64,000 nt of DNA from Takakia lepidozioides (GCA_030704615.1 CM060733.1:5208001-5272000); one strand, 5' to 3'. Shown: positions 1 through 13,429, counted from the first letter of the stretch. Notes: generated from the sequence alone by a model not told the origin. Program-made: numbers and translations.

Positions 1-3
1 ACA

Positions 4-703
4 GTGTGGCAGTCTTGTTTCTTCAGAGAGTTCAGCAAGGATGCTGGCATCAGTCGAACAAATGAGCTTGACCAGCAAGAGAAAGGAGAGGAAGCCTGGA
101 AACGATGCCTTTACAGGTGCGAAATGGACTGTGCTTCTTTGTTTTGCATAGACACAATCTCCTCCATCCAACCTGTTTTTGGCTGGCTCATATGAGTTTC
201 TAGTGGAGTGTAATGTGTCGCATACTCTTTTAGGGGGTCTTCGTGATGGGGTGGAAAAGCTGGGAGACAATATTTGCATTGCATAATGAGGTTGTCTTTG
301 TTCCTGCAGGTATATAAAGTATGTTCTCATGGCAGAGAACTGCTTGGACAAACATCCTGATTTCGTGGACCTTTGGCTTGTCCCTGCTGGCAACCAGACC
401 ATGTTTACTACGGGGATCTTGCATGACTGGGGCCCAGACCATCTCTCTGCTTGTGGTTGGTATTTGGATTGCCCTGCTTCAGAGACCCCAGCTCAGGAGG
501 TGTCTTTGAGGAGAAAGAATGAGCGTATAGCAGCTACCGCCGCAGCAACCGACCTCGACATTCATGAGAGAAATTTGAGGACTCTTGCAGAAAAGGAGCC
601 TCCCGCTCAGGATACACCGGGTAAAGGTAGAAAGGCAAAGGGAAAGGATGTTGCTGGTGGTGTGGGGAAAGGAAGGGGTAGGGGGAGGGGGGCACAAGGG
701 TAG
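4..703 (+). CDS. 3' end of a spliced ORF of unknown function (exons <4-116 and 310-703) with a Gly/Arg/Lys-rich C-terminus
   Basis: The AG|GTGCGA donor at 117 and TTCCTGCAG| acceptor at 309 join ORF 4..195 in frame to ORF 329..703 (WKRCLYR-YIKYVLMAENCLDKHPDF). No recognisable domain. Confidence 0.5.
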
Positions 704-1403
704 GTAGGTGGGTAGGGAAGTGTTGCAGATACTGGCCCTCTGGTGGTTGTCCAACAGACTCCACCGCATGGTAGGGGATCCGTATTAGGTGCCAGGAACG
801 AAGATCGACCTGTCAACTAGTTTGGAATAACAAGAGACTGCTAGAATATCGCCGAACTGACAGTTGCAGGTAAAATGAAGCAGGCTCGCGTGCACGAAGA
901 GATCCAAGACTAGGGATTTTTGAGGGGTGCTTGGAGATGGAAAGAGGGTTGAAGAGAGGATGATGGCGTACAGGCGTCTAGAGCAGATCTGCATCGACAG
1001 GAAAATCTGTATATAGCACGGCGTGGTGGCTGGGTGGACCGGAGGCTGTAGCCGGTGCTGTGCTTTTAGAGTGTAGGTTGAAGTTGGAATAGTTGACACT
1101 GGCCTTTGGTGCCTTGCAGCGGTAGGGACTGTGATTTCTCCTTTGTATAGAGAAATGATTTAGGCTTCATCAGGTGTTGATTTGAAGAGTGACAATGCAG
1201 ATTTGATTCTAGTTACTGTTTGGGACAAGAAAGATCTGCTTAAGGCTTGTGAATACACTTCCGTGAAGAACAGGGGTGAACGATCGTTGGACTGGTGTGG
1301 TCTCTGTTACGGTCTGAGTCAATGAACGGTGACTGGAATAAAAGAAGATGGTCACATGAGTCCATATTGACGTTGATTCAAGCAAGCAGATTTCTTGGGA
1401 TCT

Positions 1404-1676
1404 TGTGAAGCTGTGTCGGGCTATGACTGGCTGTGTAAAGCTGTGTCAGGCTGTGACTGGCTGTGCGAAGCTATGTCGGGTTGTGTCTGGCTGTGATAGA
1501 TTGTGATGGGCTGTGTAAAGCTGTGTCTAGCTGTGAGAGACTGTGACGAGCTGTCTAACCCCCTAAAGCCTGCTCCTGCCACCCCTAAGGCTCATGTTGG
1601 TCTCAGTCTGCGCAAAAAATTAAGGGTACCCCACAGAACCCGTAAAAGTGACTAAGTCCCAAGCAGCCCTCTAACA
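1404..1676 (-). repeat. Partial 3' LTR of gypsy copy 1 with a GGCTGTG-type 10-bp tandem array
   Basis: Ends ...CAGCCCTCTAACA at 1676 like the other LTR copies. Homology is lost to the left of ~1404. Confidence 0.85.
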
Positions 1677-1693
1677 TTACCCCTCCCCCTCTC
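1677..1693 (-). other. Polypurine tract of gypsy copy 1
   Basis: GAGAGGGGGAGGGGTAA immediately precedes the TGTTAG LTR start on the minus strand. Confidence 0.85.
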
Positions 1694-1714
1694 AAAAAGC
1701 CGTGTCCTCACGGT

Positions 1715-4700
1715 TTACTGCTTGGGATCAGCAAACCTTTGTGAGCGAGCATCCTTCAGTCGGTGAGAGTCTCGTGAAGGACTCCGTGTGCGAGCCCGAG
1801 TCCTGTCACTGGCTGATGGAGATGATTGAGCACTACCTGGAAATGTCTGACCCTCCTTTGGCTGATAACGAGGTAACCTCTCAGGCATAGGAGATCCCCG
1901 TCGTTTCTTCTCTGCCATCTGAAGTGCATAGTCCTCTGCCATGTCAAAAGAGTCCTCTGAAGAAATAGTAGTATCAGAATCCTCGTCCCCCCTTAGGTGT
2001 TTTAACGGCCGAACTTTAAGTGGCTTCTCGGGAATCCTGCGTGGCATACAATGTGGTCCCACCATGCCTGGAAGTTTAAACTGTACGACTTGCTGTAAGC
2101 GCTTGCAAGCAAAATTAGTGAACGCCCTGAACTCCTTAGCCGTATAGGTGAGAGGTGTGCCAATGACTTTGGAACAGTGTAAGTATTTCCAGGCTTCATG
2201 TCCCTTAAAGAAAATATCATCATGGCCGAATTTCTGTGTTGTCAAATTGTTCCAAGCCGAATTAAACCATGAACGAAGTTGGGAATCCTTCTGCATCATA
2301 ATTTTCGCATCATATAGGTACATATGAGGTGGCACTGAAGGTAAGACCCAATGATCCCCATTGGAATAACTCAGAAATCGTGATTGCATCTTCTGCTGCT
2401 CAATGTGATAACGTGCCATAAAACAAGCAGCATAGTATAATCCACAGCCCATGACAATACTAGATACCTCCTTGGTCTTGGTATAGATGTACCTATGTAC
2501 AACCTGGAAGGCAATTAATTCCTTCAGCATGGTACCTGCCTCAGACCAGTACCTTGCAAAGTGATGATCCTCAATGGGTCGATTGTTCGGAAGAACCTTA
2601 GTCCGAGTTGCCACTGGCAACCACATGCGCATGATCTGGTAGTAATGTGCCAACGACTGCGGAAGACTAAATTCCTTCCAAGCCAAATCCAACACAATGG
2701 GAATTTGGTTGAAGGGCATAATCATAGCCCGACTGTACTCCCGTGCAGCAGGAGTCCTAGGAGGGTTAAAAGCAGCATCCCCCCATACCTCAGGCTGTGG
2801 TTTGGCTGTAGTAGCAACAGGGTCAGCTACCTTCATAGGCACCTGCTGTGGTATTGGTACCACTGGCCCTTCTACCACTGGCATCTCCTGCACCCCCTGC
2901 GAAGAAGACTGAAAAATTAGAGTCATGGCATGTAAATAAGTAGTCATCAGCTGCTCCTCAGGAACAAAGACTCTCTTGTCAATATTTGAACTCAAGTCAT
3001 CCACTTGAGTCTGCAGGCCTTCCACATCCTCATGTAGTTCTGCTATCCTACTATAGACATTGTCTATAGTAGTTGTGGCAATGTTCTGCACCTGCAATCT
3101 GAGCTCATTCATCTCGCCCTGGGTGAGCTTTCTTGGTGCTTTGCCTTCTACCGGCCCTTGTGCTAACCAGACCTGCATAAGGTGGTTATCCACCAAGTCC
3201 TGTGTGGCACCCCTGAGAGTCTACTCCTCCGTGAGTCTGTACACATCTAACTGCTGCTGTAAAGCCTCCATGCGCTTCGCATGAGGTTCAACCAGGCCCG
3301 CATAGGCAGTAGCCAGATTATTGGCTTCCTTCCAAGCCTTGTTAGCCACAAAGAGTTCATTTCTTGACCATGACTGTTTGTTGCAACTCCAGGATGTACC
3401 TCTCCTGGTCAGCCTCAACCTGTCTGTACTGTTGAAAAGTATTCTCATTGCGACAGATTGTAGCCTGCAAATCAACAATGAGTTTCTCTTGCTCTATTAT
3501 CTCAGCTTCTGCCATCATACATCTCTCCCCTTGTCTGTTAACTTCTAATGCAGTTTGCTCTAGAGCAGTTGTGAGTGTAGCACATTGTATGGTCATCCTC
3601 TAATGTACTGCCTCCAACTCTGTATGTAGTACGTTCACTTCTTGCAACTTGCCCTCATGCTTTACCTGCAATTCGTATAACTGTTGCTTAAGTGCTTCAT
3701 GCAACTGGTCCTGCTCGAGACCTGCTTCAATCAAACGTCCATTAGCCAACTGCAAGGCAGGCTTTGTGTCCTCCAACTCTTGCTGTAACTTGAGATTGAC
3801 CTCCTCATCTACCTTGTTAGCACACTAAGTGGCAATTCGAGTCTCAAACTCCTTCTTGAGTTCCTCCCTCAAAGCTGCCAATTGGGTAGATGGAACATGG
3901 AATTTCACATAAGTGCCCAACAAATTAAGTGTCGTGCTTATGGAACTCATAAGCATGGCCTGCTGGGGGTCATCATGGTGAACTTGCTACTATTCCCCCT
4001 GATCTTCCACAGTGTGATGCTGCACCAACTATTCAGGCCATTGCCCCACCAGATCCTCTTCCTGAACCACCTCATCCTCCACAGGTGCTGCAGTGTCCTT
4101 ATATTCTACCCCTGGTACCTCCGTCACAGGTGTGGGTATTACATGCACAGAAGGGATTTCCCTTGACAAACTCTGCACCTCTGGAACCACTGATTCCCTT
4201 ACCAAGCCAGAGTTTTCATAGAGTCTCAATTTTTGCCACGACCTGCTCTGTAGTGGGAATGTCCAACCTTTCTCCGTCCAGAGCAATTGGGGGTGGTGTC
4301 ACAGCATGTTCTAACTGTGGAACCTCTGAGACAACTGAGTCAACTAGTTGTGGTGGCTGTGGTACCAAAGTGACTTCTTCTTCCCTCTCCGAAGGCCGTG
4401 CTTCCAATAATAACAACCCTCTGTGCTCATGTGCCCCATCCTGCACAAGAGCTTGGGAAACATCATCTTGCGATTTCCGTGAAGCCAGTGGATCCGCCAC
4501 TACAGTCATACCCCACTTCTGTCTCTTAGACTGGTGTTGCCCTGCCAGTCCACCCTCACTATGTGAAGAGCCCTGCTCTTCAATTGCAGTGGTTACTGCC
4601 TCAAACACTCCCATCTCCTTACGTTCCCAAATATCAAGTATGCAAGAGTCAAGAATGATTTGGGCAATGACTGGACCAGACACAATGATCGAAGACTTAG

Positions 4701-5475
4701 CAGCAGTGCCCTATAACCTCTTCATCTCGTCCACCAGACCATCGTACATTAACTCCGCCCAAGCTACATCATCTCCCCTCAAAGCTTTCAGGATCTCCTC
4801 TATGAATGATCTGCTCAAATATTGTTGGTTCTGTTTCATGGCAAACAGAATGTTCAATATTTGGCCAATTTCTCTGAGCCCTGTGTACTCAGCTTTGGTA
4901 CAAGCGTAACCTTGAGTCTTAAAGAAACTCCCTTCTTGGAACAAATTCCCTATCTGCAATCTTGCCCTGTGCTCATCCACATCCACATGACCCGATGGCA
5001 AATCAAACAATTGCTGCAAGTACAGGGGAGTAATTTCTATATCTACTCCCCTCACCTGGGTAACTCCCGTCCGAGGCTCAAAGTTCTGACGAAATTGAAT
5101 CATATACTGCCGATGATGCAAGGACCTGTCCTTGTGTAGCAGCCCCTCCAATCGCAACTCCCTCAGCAGCTGCACTGCCTGCGGTGTAACAATTGTTTGC
5201 TTCTGCAGAATCGTGGTGCTCTTCACCCTGATATCCTCCATTCCCCTCACTCTCTTCATTCTAGACAAACAAAAAGGCCTTGTTTGAAACAACTGTAGGA
5301 AAGCTTGTAGGGCACAGAGCATAAAGGTATGGTTGGCACATACTGGAACGGGTAAGTGCGTGTAAGCCTGTGGGGCTTGCAAGTATCGAGTGAGAGAGAA
5401 TGTACTCTCAACCCGTCCGTCCTTGTGCCACTGCGTGTGAAGTAAGGCGAGCGTGTAATCTGTAATATCCGCCAT
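1715..5475 (-). pseudogene. Large extra (env-position) ORF of gypsy copy 1, ~1200 aa when repaired. Plant-transposon-protein-like N-terminal domain plus coiled coil
   Basis: ORF pieces 4711..6018, 4216..4683, 4029..4286, 3357..3596, 3221..3478 and 1715..3196. The motif QFRQNF..GVTQVRGVDIEITPLYLQQLFDLP resembles extra ORFs of Athila/Tat-type elements. A paralogue lies at 24593-28313. Confidence 0.7.
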
Positions 5476-6024
5476 AGCTACAAAGCTATAGCTTTGATTG
5501 CCTCTCCTGCCGAGACGCTGGTTATTCGGAGCCACCCCGACTCTCGCGCTCATAACCCTGCTAATTTCTTGCTCTTGTTTCTTGGAGGAAACCACCTGCA
5601 TGTAGTTCTCGCTCGTGATTGGCTGTTGCCTCTTTGGGTAACTTCTTAATTTAACTCCCCTCAATGGACTTTCCCCCCTGGAATGTCCACTAGGATAGCA
5701 CATGCGGCAAAGATCCCCCTTTTCTGTACTCGTAAAGGGTTCCGTTACCCTTGCCCTGAATGCATTAATGGGCCCACAAATAGTTTGGGTTGATGTACCG
5801 GGTAGGTACTTTGACGGCCCAATTTGTCTTCTTGCATGATGACACCCGCTTTTGCAATATATGCACTGCGGTGTGCTTCGTCCTGGCGACCACGTGTTCG
5901 TTTCTAGACCTGCCTCCGTCTTTCCCTGTCCGCGTGGCACTTTCTCCGAGTTTAACTTCCAAGCTGTCTTTTCACCCGCCGGCCACTTTCCGGGCGCTAA
6001 CCCACGTCCACCTGTCACTGACCC

Positions 6025-6200
6025 TATGGACTGTGTAACCCGTGTGGGCTGTGTTGGGCTGTGTCAAACTGTGACGAGCTGTGATAGGTTGTGTGACATT
6101 GTGATAGGCTGTGTCACACTATGATGGGCTGTGATAGGCTGTGTCACACTGAGGTGGGCTGTGAAAGGTTGTGTCACATTGTGATGGGTTGTGATAGCTA
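6025..6200. repeat. Internal GGCTGTG(TC/AT)A tandem array between integrase and the extra ORF
   Basis: Same ~10-bp motif family as the array in the LTR. Confidence 0.8.
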
Positions 6201-6322
6201 TGCGAACACCTGTACTTCCCACCCTGGTCATACACGCTCGGCTTAGCGACAAGTGCTCCATACTCCGTTGGTATCACCGGCTCAGCCCGTGATTGTTTTT
6301 GTGTTTCAACATGCAAATCGTG

Positions 6323-9300
6323 CTACAATGGTTTGTCATGGATACCACTGTATCCCTTCAACTTATTGGCATTGACTCTTCCCAGCATTTTTTTGTTAAT
6401 GGTTTGTAACATGGGGGTGTTATTATCATACATCTTCTGTATGACATAAGGTCCTTTCCATAGTGATTTAAGCTTAGAAACTTTAATCTTCCCCTTCTTC
6501 TGCAACCAAGTACCAAATCTCCCGTCTGAAAAGTCTTTAATTTACCTTCATCAAACTGATCCTTCCTCTTCATCTGAATTATGGTCATGTTATCAGCTGA
6601 ATCAGCACGTACTTCTTCCACATGGTATAATTCATGTTTACTGACCTTAATTGAATCTTCCAATTCCATTCTCCTTCCCCATTCAGTTCTCATGGTAGGT
6701 AACAAGAATTCCACTGGAAGTAAAGCTTCCATACCATAAACTAATTGGAATGGTGTTTACTTAGTGGTGACTTTATATGAAGTCATGTATGACCACAAAG
6801 CTGACAGCAGCTTTGTATCCCAATCTGTTCTGTTTGCATTGACTATCTTAGCCAAGATAGTACATAGTATTTTGTTGGTAGCCTCTGCCTGCCCATTACC
6901 CTGTGGGTAATAAGTTGTACTCTTCCTATGCACAATCATGAACTCTTTAGTCAATAGTTCTATGGTCTCATTAATGAAATGACTTCCCTGGTCACTGATA
7001 AATTCCAGGGGACAGCCAAATCGTGTAAGTATGTTCTCATACAGGAACCTTGTTGTGGACTTAGCTGTGTTGTCCCTCAGAGCTTTAGCTTCCACCCACT
7101 TTGTAGTATAATCAGTGGCTGTGATTATATACTTGTTCTGTGTATTCTTGGCTGGTGGGTTAATTGGTCCAACAAAGTCTAGTCCCCATTTCTGAAATGG
7201 TTCAGTAGGCATCGTAGGATGCAAAGCCATCTTCCCATATCTCTACAATGGTCCTAGCCTCTGACACTCATCACAACTTTTACAATACTTGTGTACATCC
7301 TTGAATAAAGTAGGCCACCAGATAACCTGCAAGTAGTATCTTTCTACTGGTAGACTCCTCCAAAATGACCTCCAGCCACTCCTTTATGAACTTCCTCCAA
7401 AACTTTATTTACTTCATGGTGGTACAAGCATCGTTTAAGTACTCCATCAGGTCCTAGCTTATACCATCTGCCCCCTACCATAGTATAAGGTAAAGCCTTG
7501 ATAGCGATTCTCTTCCTCTGCTCCTTTCCATAACTAGGTGGGCACTGACCATGAATAAGGTAGTATCTGATTGGCCACTGCCAATCTAACCAGTCATCTG
7601 CACTTCCCTGCACCTCTACTGCAAATAAACTCGCATCAGGTAATTGGTCGTCTACTCATGTGGCGGGCTCTCCTGTTGATAGGCGTGACAAATGATCTGC
7701 CACAAGATGCAAACGGCCAGGCTTGTAAACAACTTCGAACTCAAACTCGTGCAAGATTATTAACCACCTTGCTATCCTTCCACTTATCAAAGGTTTTTTC
7801 ACCAAATATATCAGAGCCTGGTGATCCACATAAAACATAAAATTCATTCCCAATAGGTAATGCTTGAATTTCTTGACTGCATAAATCATTGCCGGTGCTT
7901 CTCTTTCAGTTGTGCTATAGTTCCTTTCAGCACTGTTCATCAACCTGCTAGCATAGTACACAGGTGAATCTATATTTCCTGTAACATTTTGGGCTAACAT
8001 TGCTCCCAACGCTTCTCCTGAGGCATCACAGTGAACATGAAATACTACATGCCAGTGAGGGTTAATCAGCACAGGTGTAGTTGTTACTGACAATGTAAGT
8101 TCCTCAAAAGCCTGTTGACATTCAGCTGTCCATGCAAACACTGCATCTTTCTTCAGAAGCTTGCTCAATGGCGCTGCTATTTGTGCATACCATCTGACAA
8201 ATCTTCTGTAATAATTGGTTTGTCCAAGGAATCTCCTTAGACTCTTAACATTTACTGGTGGTGGAGAGGCTTTAATGGCCTCTGTCTTTCTGGGATCCAC
8301 AAGAAGTCCCCTCTTACACACAATGTGTCCCAAAAGCACCCCTGAGTTCACACATAAAGTACACTTCTCTGGATTCAGGCCCAGACCTCTCATCCTGCAT
8401 CTGGCCAAACATAACTCCAATTTATGCAAGTGCTCATTCTTAGAGTTGTACACACTGAAATCATCCAAGAACACCTGCATGAAATCATCCAGATAATCAT
8501 GAAAAGATTCACTTGTCACTCTCTGAAAGGTTGTTGGTGCATTACAAAGTCCAAAAGGCATGACTTTGTATGCATAAGCACCCCAGTCTGTGATGAAAGC
8601 TATCTTTCCCTGGTCTTCTTCTGCCACTTGCACTTGATTATAACCATTGAAGCCATCCATGAATGAGTACATCTCATGGCCTGCCACAATGTCCAATACT
8701 GCTTCTGTGAATGGCAAAGGGAAAGGATCTTTCTTCGTACAAGCATTCAACTTCTTATAGTTCACACAAACTCTCAGTTTACCATTCTTCTTGGGAACTA
8801 TCACAATGGGTGACAACCAAGTTGTATACTCTATCGGGTATATAAACTTAGCCTCAGCCAACTTCTTGATCTCTTCTCCAACCTTCTGTGCATAGTTGGG
8901 ATTCATTTTGTACCTTGCTTGTTTGATTGGTACTGACCCTGGTTCCAGTTCAATCTTATGCTGACAGATCTCAGGTGGTATCCCTTTCAGATCCTCGTAG
9001 TTCCAAGCAAATACATCTCTGTATTCGATGAACAGACTTAGCTTCCTCAAAGAATTCTGACTCCAAATCAGCCCCTACCTTCACCATCCTCGGTTCCCCT
9101 TCAGTTCCCACATTCACTTCTTTGACCTGCTCATCAGCTGTGATTGTCCAACCAGTCACCACTTCATCCTGTAAACTCACAGTGGCTGGTTCCTCTAGGA
9201 TTTCCATTTCTCCCTCTCTTTCTTCGTAGAAATGTGGTGAGTAACTGCTTGTTTCATCCTCAATTGGTGTTGCTGTCACTACACCACAAACAGATACATT

Positions 9301-9410
9301 TTAAGCAACTTAGGCCTTCCAGTTGCATCTCTACAACCTGCTCCCACTCTGGGTGTTCAGCAAACAGGGTAGCTTCCTGCTCCTCATCAAGTCCTCCCCT
9401 CCAGGAGGTT
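6323..9410 (-). pseudogene. Gypsy pol: reverse transcriptase, RNase H and integrase (with frameshifts and stops)
   Basis: RT motifs WLSPIVIVPKKNGKLRVC, MPFGLCNAP, VFLDD. RNase H motifs HCDAS, NYSTTERE. Integrase motifs [24 protein letters not shown] and GPY. Confidence 0.95.
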
Positions 9411-9630
9411 AGCTATTTCATGAGCATGAGCGGCATGAGCAGCATGAGCGGAGTAGCAAGACAATCGGTTTTCATGAGCAGAAGTACAAATTTCGAAAAT
9501 AAAAAACATTATAAAACATTAATTTAATGAAATGTGTCAGAAAAAACAAATATATTATACGGCACCTTGAAGGGGAAATTGTAGTTTTGAGAGTTGTGCT
9601 CATGATATTTCGTCTTCCGCTCATGCCAAT
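9411..9630. repeat. Cluster of CATGAGC/GCTCATG motifs at the junction with gypsy pol (possible DNA-transposon subterminal region)
   Basis: About five direct copies at 9419-9480 and two inverted copies at ~9598-9625. Confidence 0.45.
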
Positions 9631-9682
9631 TCCCAGCGACATGTGCAAAAATGGCGCCGAATTTTGGTTAAGAATGTATCAC

Positions 9683-11786
9683 CTTTTCTGCACCATCCAC
9701 ACAAGATGTGGCTAGACGATAGAGCTTCTCCAATGTCATCGTGGGCTTCAGAGCGCGGGAGTAGTGCTTCCCCACCTCCACCAGAAGGTCGGCACCAAGG
9801 GCGGGATCAACTATGGCCACGTACTTTACCATCCGCGACTTGTACTTTATGCGGGCCCTCACCTCCGCAGCTTTGAGATACGATTCAAGTGCCGGGAGGG
9901 TTAGATTCTTCTCCTCTGACTCCATGTAGAACCTCCGCGCATGTGCCAAATCCTGCTGAATTTTCGTCTGTCAAGAATGTGCACATAAGATTAGAGATTC
10001 TGCTCAACACTTTTTCTTCTATTGGGGGAGGAGAGACAGATTAGCTCAACAAAACAGTCAGGAGCTTTACCCAAAATATGTAGTCCACCATGGCGTCCAT
10101 GCTCAGCCTATACCAGGTTCTGTCTACCTTTGCCTCCGACTTGCGCAGGAGGTCGGCACTGAGCGAATTGGCAAACTCTTGCACCCCCTGCTTCCTGACA
10201 TCCTTCACTCGGAAGAGCATATGGGACAAGTTGGTGGCAATGAAGGCATTCTCAGTCACCCTGCAATGCCACATTTCCATCAAACAATTCTGAAATGGGA
10301 ATTTACAACAAATATGAGGATTCGCAATGAAATGACTTACAATCGGATGGGTCCAAAAGCAAGAGGCGTTGTAACTTATGAGTTGATGTCCGCCATTGCA
10401 GCTTTGAGAAGACTGCAATCTTTGGGCCCCGCAACCTTCAGCACAACACACTCCACGGCGAAATGCCAATCGAGGTCGTTGGGGTGGGCTTCGGCTATGT
10501 GCTCCATCCATGCCAGGAGGCGATGATTGCCGTCCCACACGTAAAACATCTTTCCGGACAAGTGCTGGAAAAGAGGATCAATAACAATCGATCTCTCGAA
10601 CTCCTCATTTCGCCTTTGCCAATGGGGACCCCATTTGTCCACCTCATCGGAAGTGTGGGCACGGGAAGCTCCGTGGTCGTTCTCAATGGAAACGTAAAAC
10701 GCGGCAGACCCCATTCAATATCCATCCCGGAAAGAGAATTTCAGCTTGTCGATATCGCCTGGGAGGGCAGGTCTCACCACCTGCAAAGACACCAAGCGAC
10801 AAAGGGGAATTCGAAGCTTGGCCGGGTACACCATGCCCCCCAACACCCTGTCAATGTTGCTGTGGGTTGCCTCCAATATCTTGGCAGCGGCCAACTTCAT
10901 ATCCGCCTCCGACATGACGTCTGCTGCAGAGGGGTTCTCCGGCAGCCCACCAGGACTGCCAAATCCAGCCTGTATGCTGCGGGTTTGGGGCCTGCGGATG
11001 TTCGAGAGGATGTCATCCTGGTCAGAAAGCTTGGTGTCATCCTCCTCAACATGGTGAACCACCGGCGAAACCACCTTGAGCACTCTCCCTGTCTCTACTG
11101 CCATCTCCCCGGCTTCACCTCGAACTTGCACAATCCGTGCTCTTTGTGGTGTTCTTTCCTCTCCTCCACTCTCCACCGTATGGGTAATTGCGGGGGCTGC
11201 TCTTGTCCGCGATGGTGTAACCGGTGTGTTACTGCCTCTTTGTGGTGTCTTGGAGGGATCCACCGTCTCTGTGCGTCCCTCGCTTATATTGGCATCTGTC
11301 ATTTGGGCACCCCTGGCCTCTTCAGTGGCCTTTTCTCTTTCCTCCTGGCTAGCCTTCTGTCTCGCCTGTTCTTTTTCCCTCTCACGGGCTTTCTGTTTCT
11401 TACTAGGGCTAGCAGCAGGGGAGCCCTCCAAGGACGACCACCTTTGATTGAGGAGAAGGAACACCCTCGCGCGCACTGCTCACTCCCCCCTCCGCAGCCC
11501 GTGACGGCTCTCTCGCCGGGGATTGCATGTGCTTAGCTTTCTTCTTCTTCTTTGCGTGGGCGGGCCCTACTGCATGTGCATCAACAACCTCCATTGCCGG
11601 ATCTGCTGTCCTCACGTCCTCACGCCCTTCACCTGCCATGCCGCCTGCACCAACCTCCCCAATGCCTATTCTATCGTACCCTCGCTGCAGGTCCTCCCGT
11701 CCACCAACAAAAGGTTGAAGTTTGCCCTCTCGCCCCAAGTTGGGCGATTCAAACATGCGATTAGTTGGAGCGGTCGATGATACCAC
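9683..11786 (-). pseudogene. Spliced ParB/Sulfiredoxin-domain gene (exons ~11786-10380, 10260-10071, 9955-9683), 3'-truncated
   Basis: RIPLCRLVSLQVVRP...FYVWDGNHRLLAW fits the ParB/Srx GxxRxxA motif. Splice phases are compatible. There is an in-frame TGA at 10715-10717, a donor reading ATAAGT at 10379, and a KKKKK NLS-like run in the low-complexity N-terminus. Confidence 0.7.
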
Positions 11787-12709
11787 CAGCGTGCCGGGCT
11801 CGTTGTCACTCTGTCATTCTCAAAATCGTCAAAACCAACATCGGTGCCAAAACCAACATTGCAACGAGCAGCGCAACCACCATAGCAACAATCGTGGAAC
11901 AACAATGAAAACAAAACAAGTTTAGGAAGTATGGAGTGCCATGGAACAACATTGAAAACAAATCCAACCAATGCCTAAGAATGACATGCACAAGCAGCCT
12001 TCTCCAGAGCTGCCGGCTTTGCACACGCATTGCAAACTATCTAAGGTTCACTCAACCGGTAATATGAAACACGATGAACAAATGATCAGGAATTCCATAA
12101 GACGGGAAAACAGGGTGAAATGTTTTGAAGGCACTTCATCTTCTCAGCTCAGCATGGATTTCCTTAATTTTTAACCACTCAGACCTTGATCATTCTTCGC
12201 AACAGCTGCTGCTTTTGCGATGCAGCCATACGCTTCCAGCGATGCCAGGATGAAGATGCAAAAACAAAGCCAAAGCCAAAGCCAAAGCCAAAGCGAACAA
12301 AGCGAAAGCAGAAGTGGCTTGCCTGAGAGTACTCGGCTTCAGTTGGCGCGGGTTGTGAGCAAGACACTGGAATCTCCTGTTGGAGCTTAAGTTTGGCCAT
12401 GCGAGAGATTGGTCGTCGTCCATAGTACAAAGCTTTCAACTTCCGCCGCAGTCTGGATGTGAGGTCTCTCTTAGGAGAGCCACGTCCTTCAGGCGGCATA
12501 AGTCCCAGCCAAAATGGAAAAAGATCTCAGTTTTTTGGGGTACATGCCTCGAATAGAAGTTAATCCAAGATTAGCATCAGATTTAGGGTACGTATGAAGG
12601 AAGCCATGTGTCGCCAGCCCGAATAAAAACGGACGGCGGTGGACATTTAATGCCCATCTACGCAATTAAATGTCGGATAAAGCCCTCCCTATCGGATGAA
12701 ATATGACGC

Positions 12710-13320
12710 AACTCGGCCCGGAATTTCCAACGTAGAGGTAATTCGAAGCGCAGCAGAATAGAATTCCGGCGCCGGATTTCCATCCTGCAGGTAATTCGGA
12801 GCGCGGATGGATGGAAATCCGGCGCTGGATTTCCATCCGCCAGGTACGGCGGCGCGCAAAAATTCCGTCACGCAGGTAATTCGGAGAGCAGATGGAAATT
12901 TAGCGCCGAATTTCCATCCTGCCAGGTAGGGCCTCGCACGAAATTTCCGTCACGCAGGTAATTCGGAGCCGGATGAATGGAAATCCGGCGCCGGACTTCC
13001 ATCCTGCCAGGTAGGGCGGCGCGCGAAATTTCCGCCACGCAGGTAATTCGGAGCCGGATGGATGGAAATTCGGCGCCGGATTTCCATCCTGTCAGGTAGG
13101 GCGGCGCGCGAAATTTCCGCCACGCAGGTAATTCGGAGCGGATGGATGAAAATCCGGCGCCGGATTTCCATCCGCCAGGTTGGTCGGAGAACGGATGGAT
13201 GGAAATCCGGCGCCGAATCTCCATCCAGCAGGTAACTCGGATCGCTGGCAGATGGAAATTTGGCGCCGAATTTCCATTCGTCAGGTAAGTCGAAGCGCCG
13301 AATTACCTTCCTGCAGGTAA
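12710..13320. repeat. Tandem array of ~82-85 bp units, each containing the palindrome GGATGGAAAT(C/T)CGGCGCCG(G/A)ATTTCCATCC
   Basis: About seven palindrome copies visible directly in the sequence. Confidence 0.9.
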
Positions 13321-13429
13321 TTCTGAGTGTGGCCGCTTGGTTTTTCGGAGAAAAACAAACTAAACTGTTAGTTTTGTGGCTGAAGTCCACTTTTAGACAC
13401 GTTTTTTATGGAATCCTTGACTGCTAGAG

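Noticed and set aside
811-1098. TGTCAACTA...TAGTTGACA as a solo LTR
   Set aside because: No target-site duplication (CGACC vs CTGGC) and no second copy in the window.
10463-11536. 357-aa plus-strand ORF
   Set aside because: Antisense shadow of the GC-rich ParB-domain exon with no motifs of its own.
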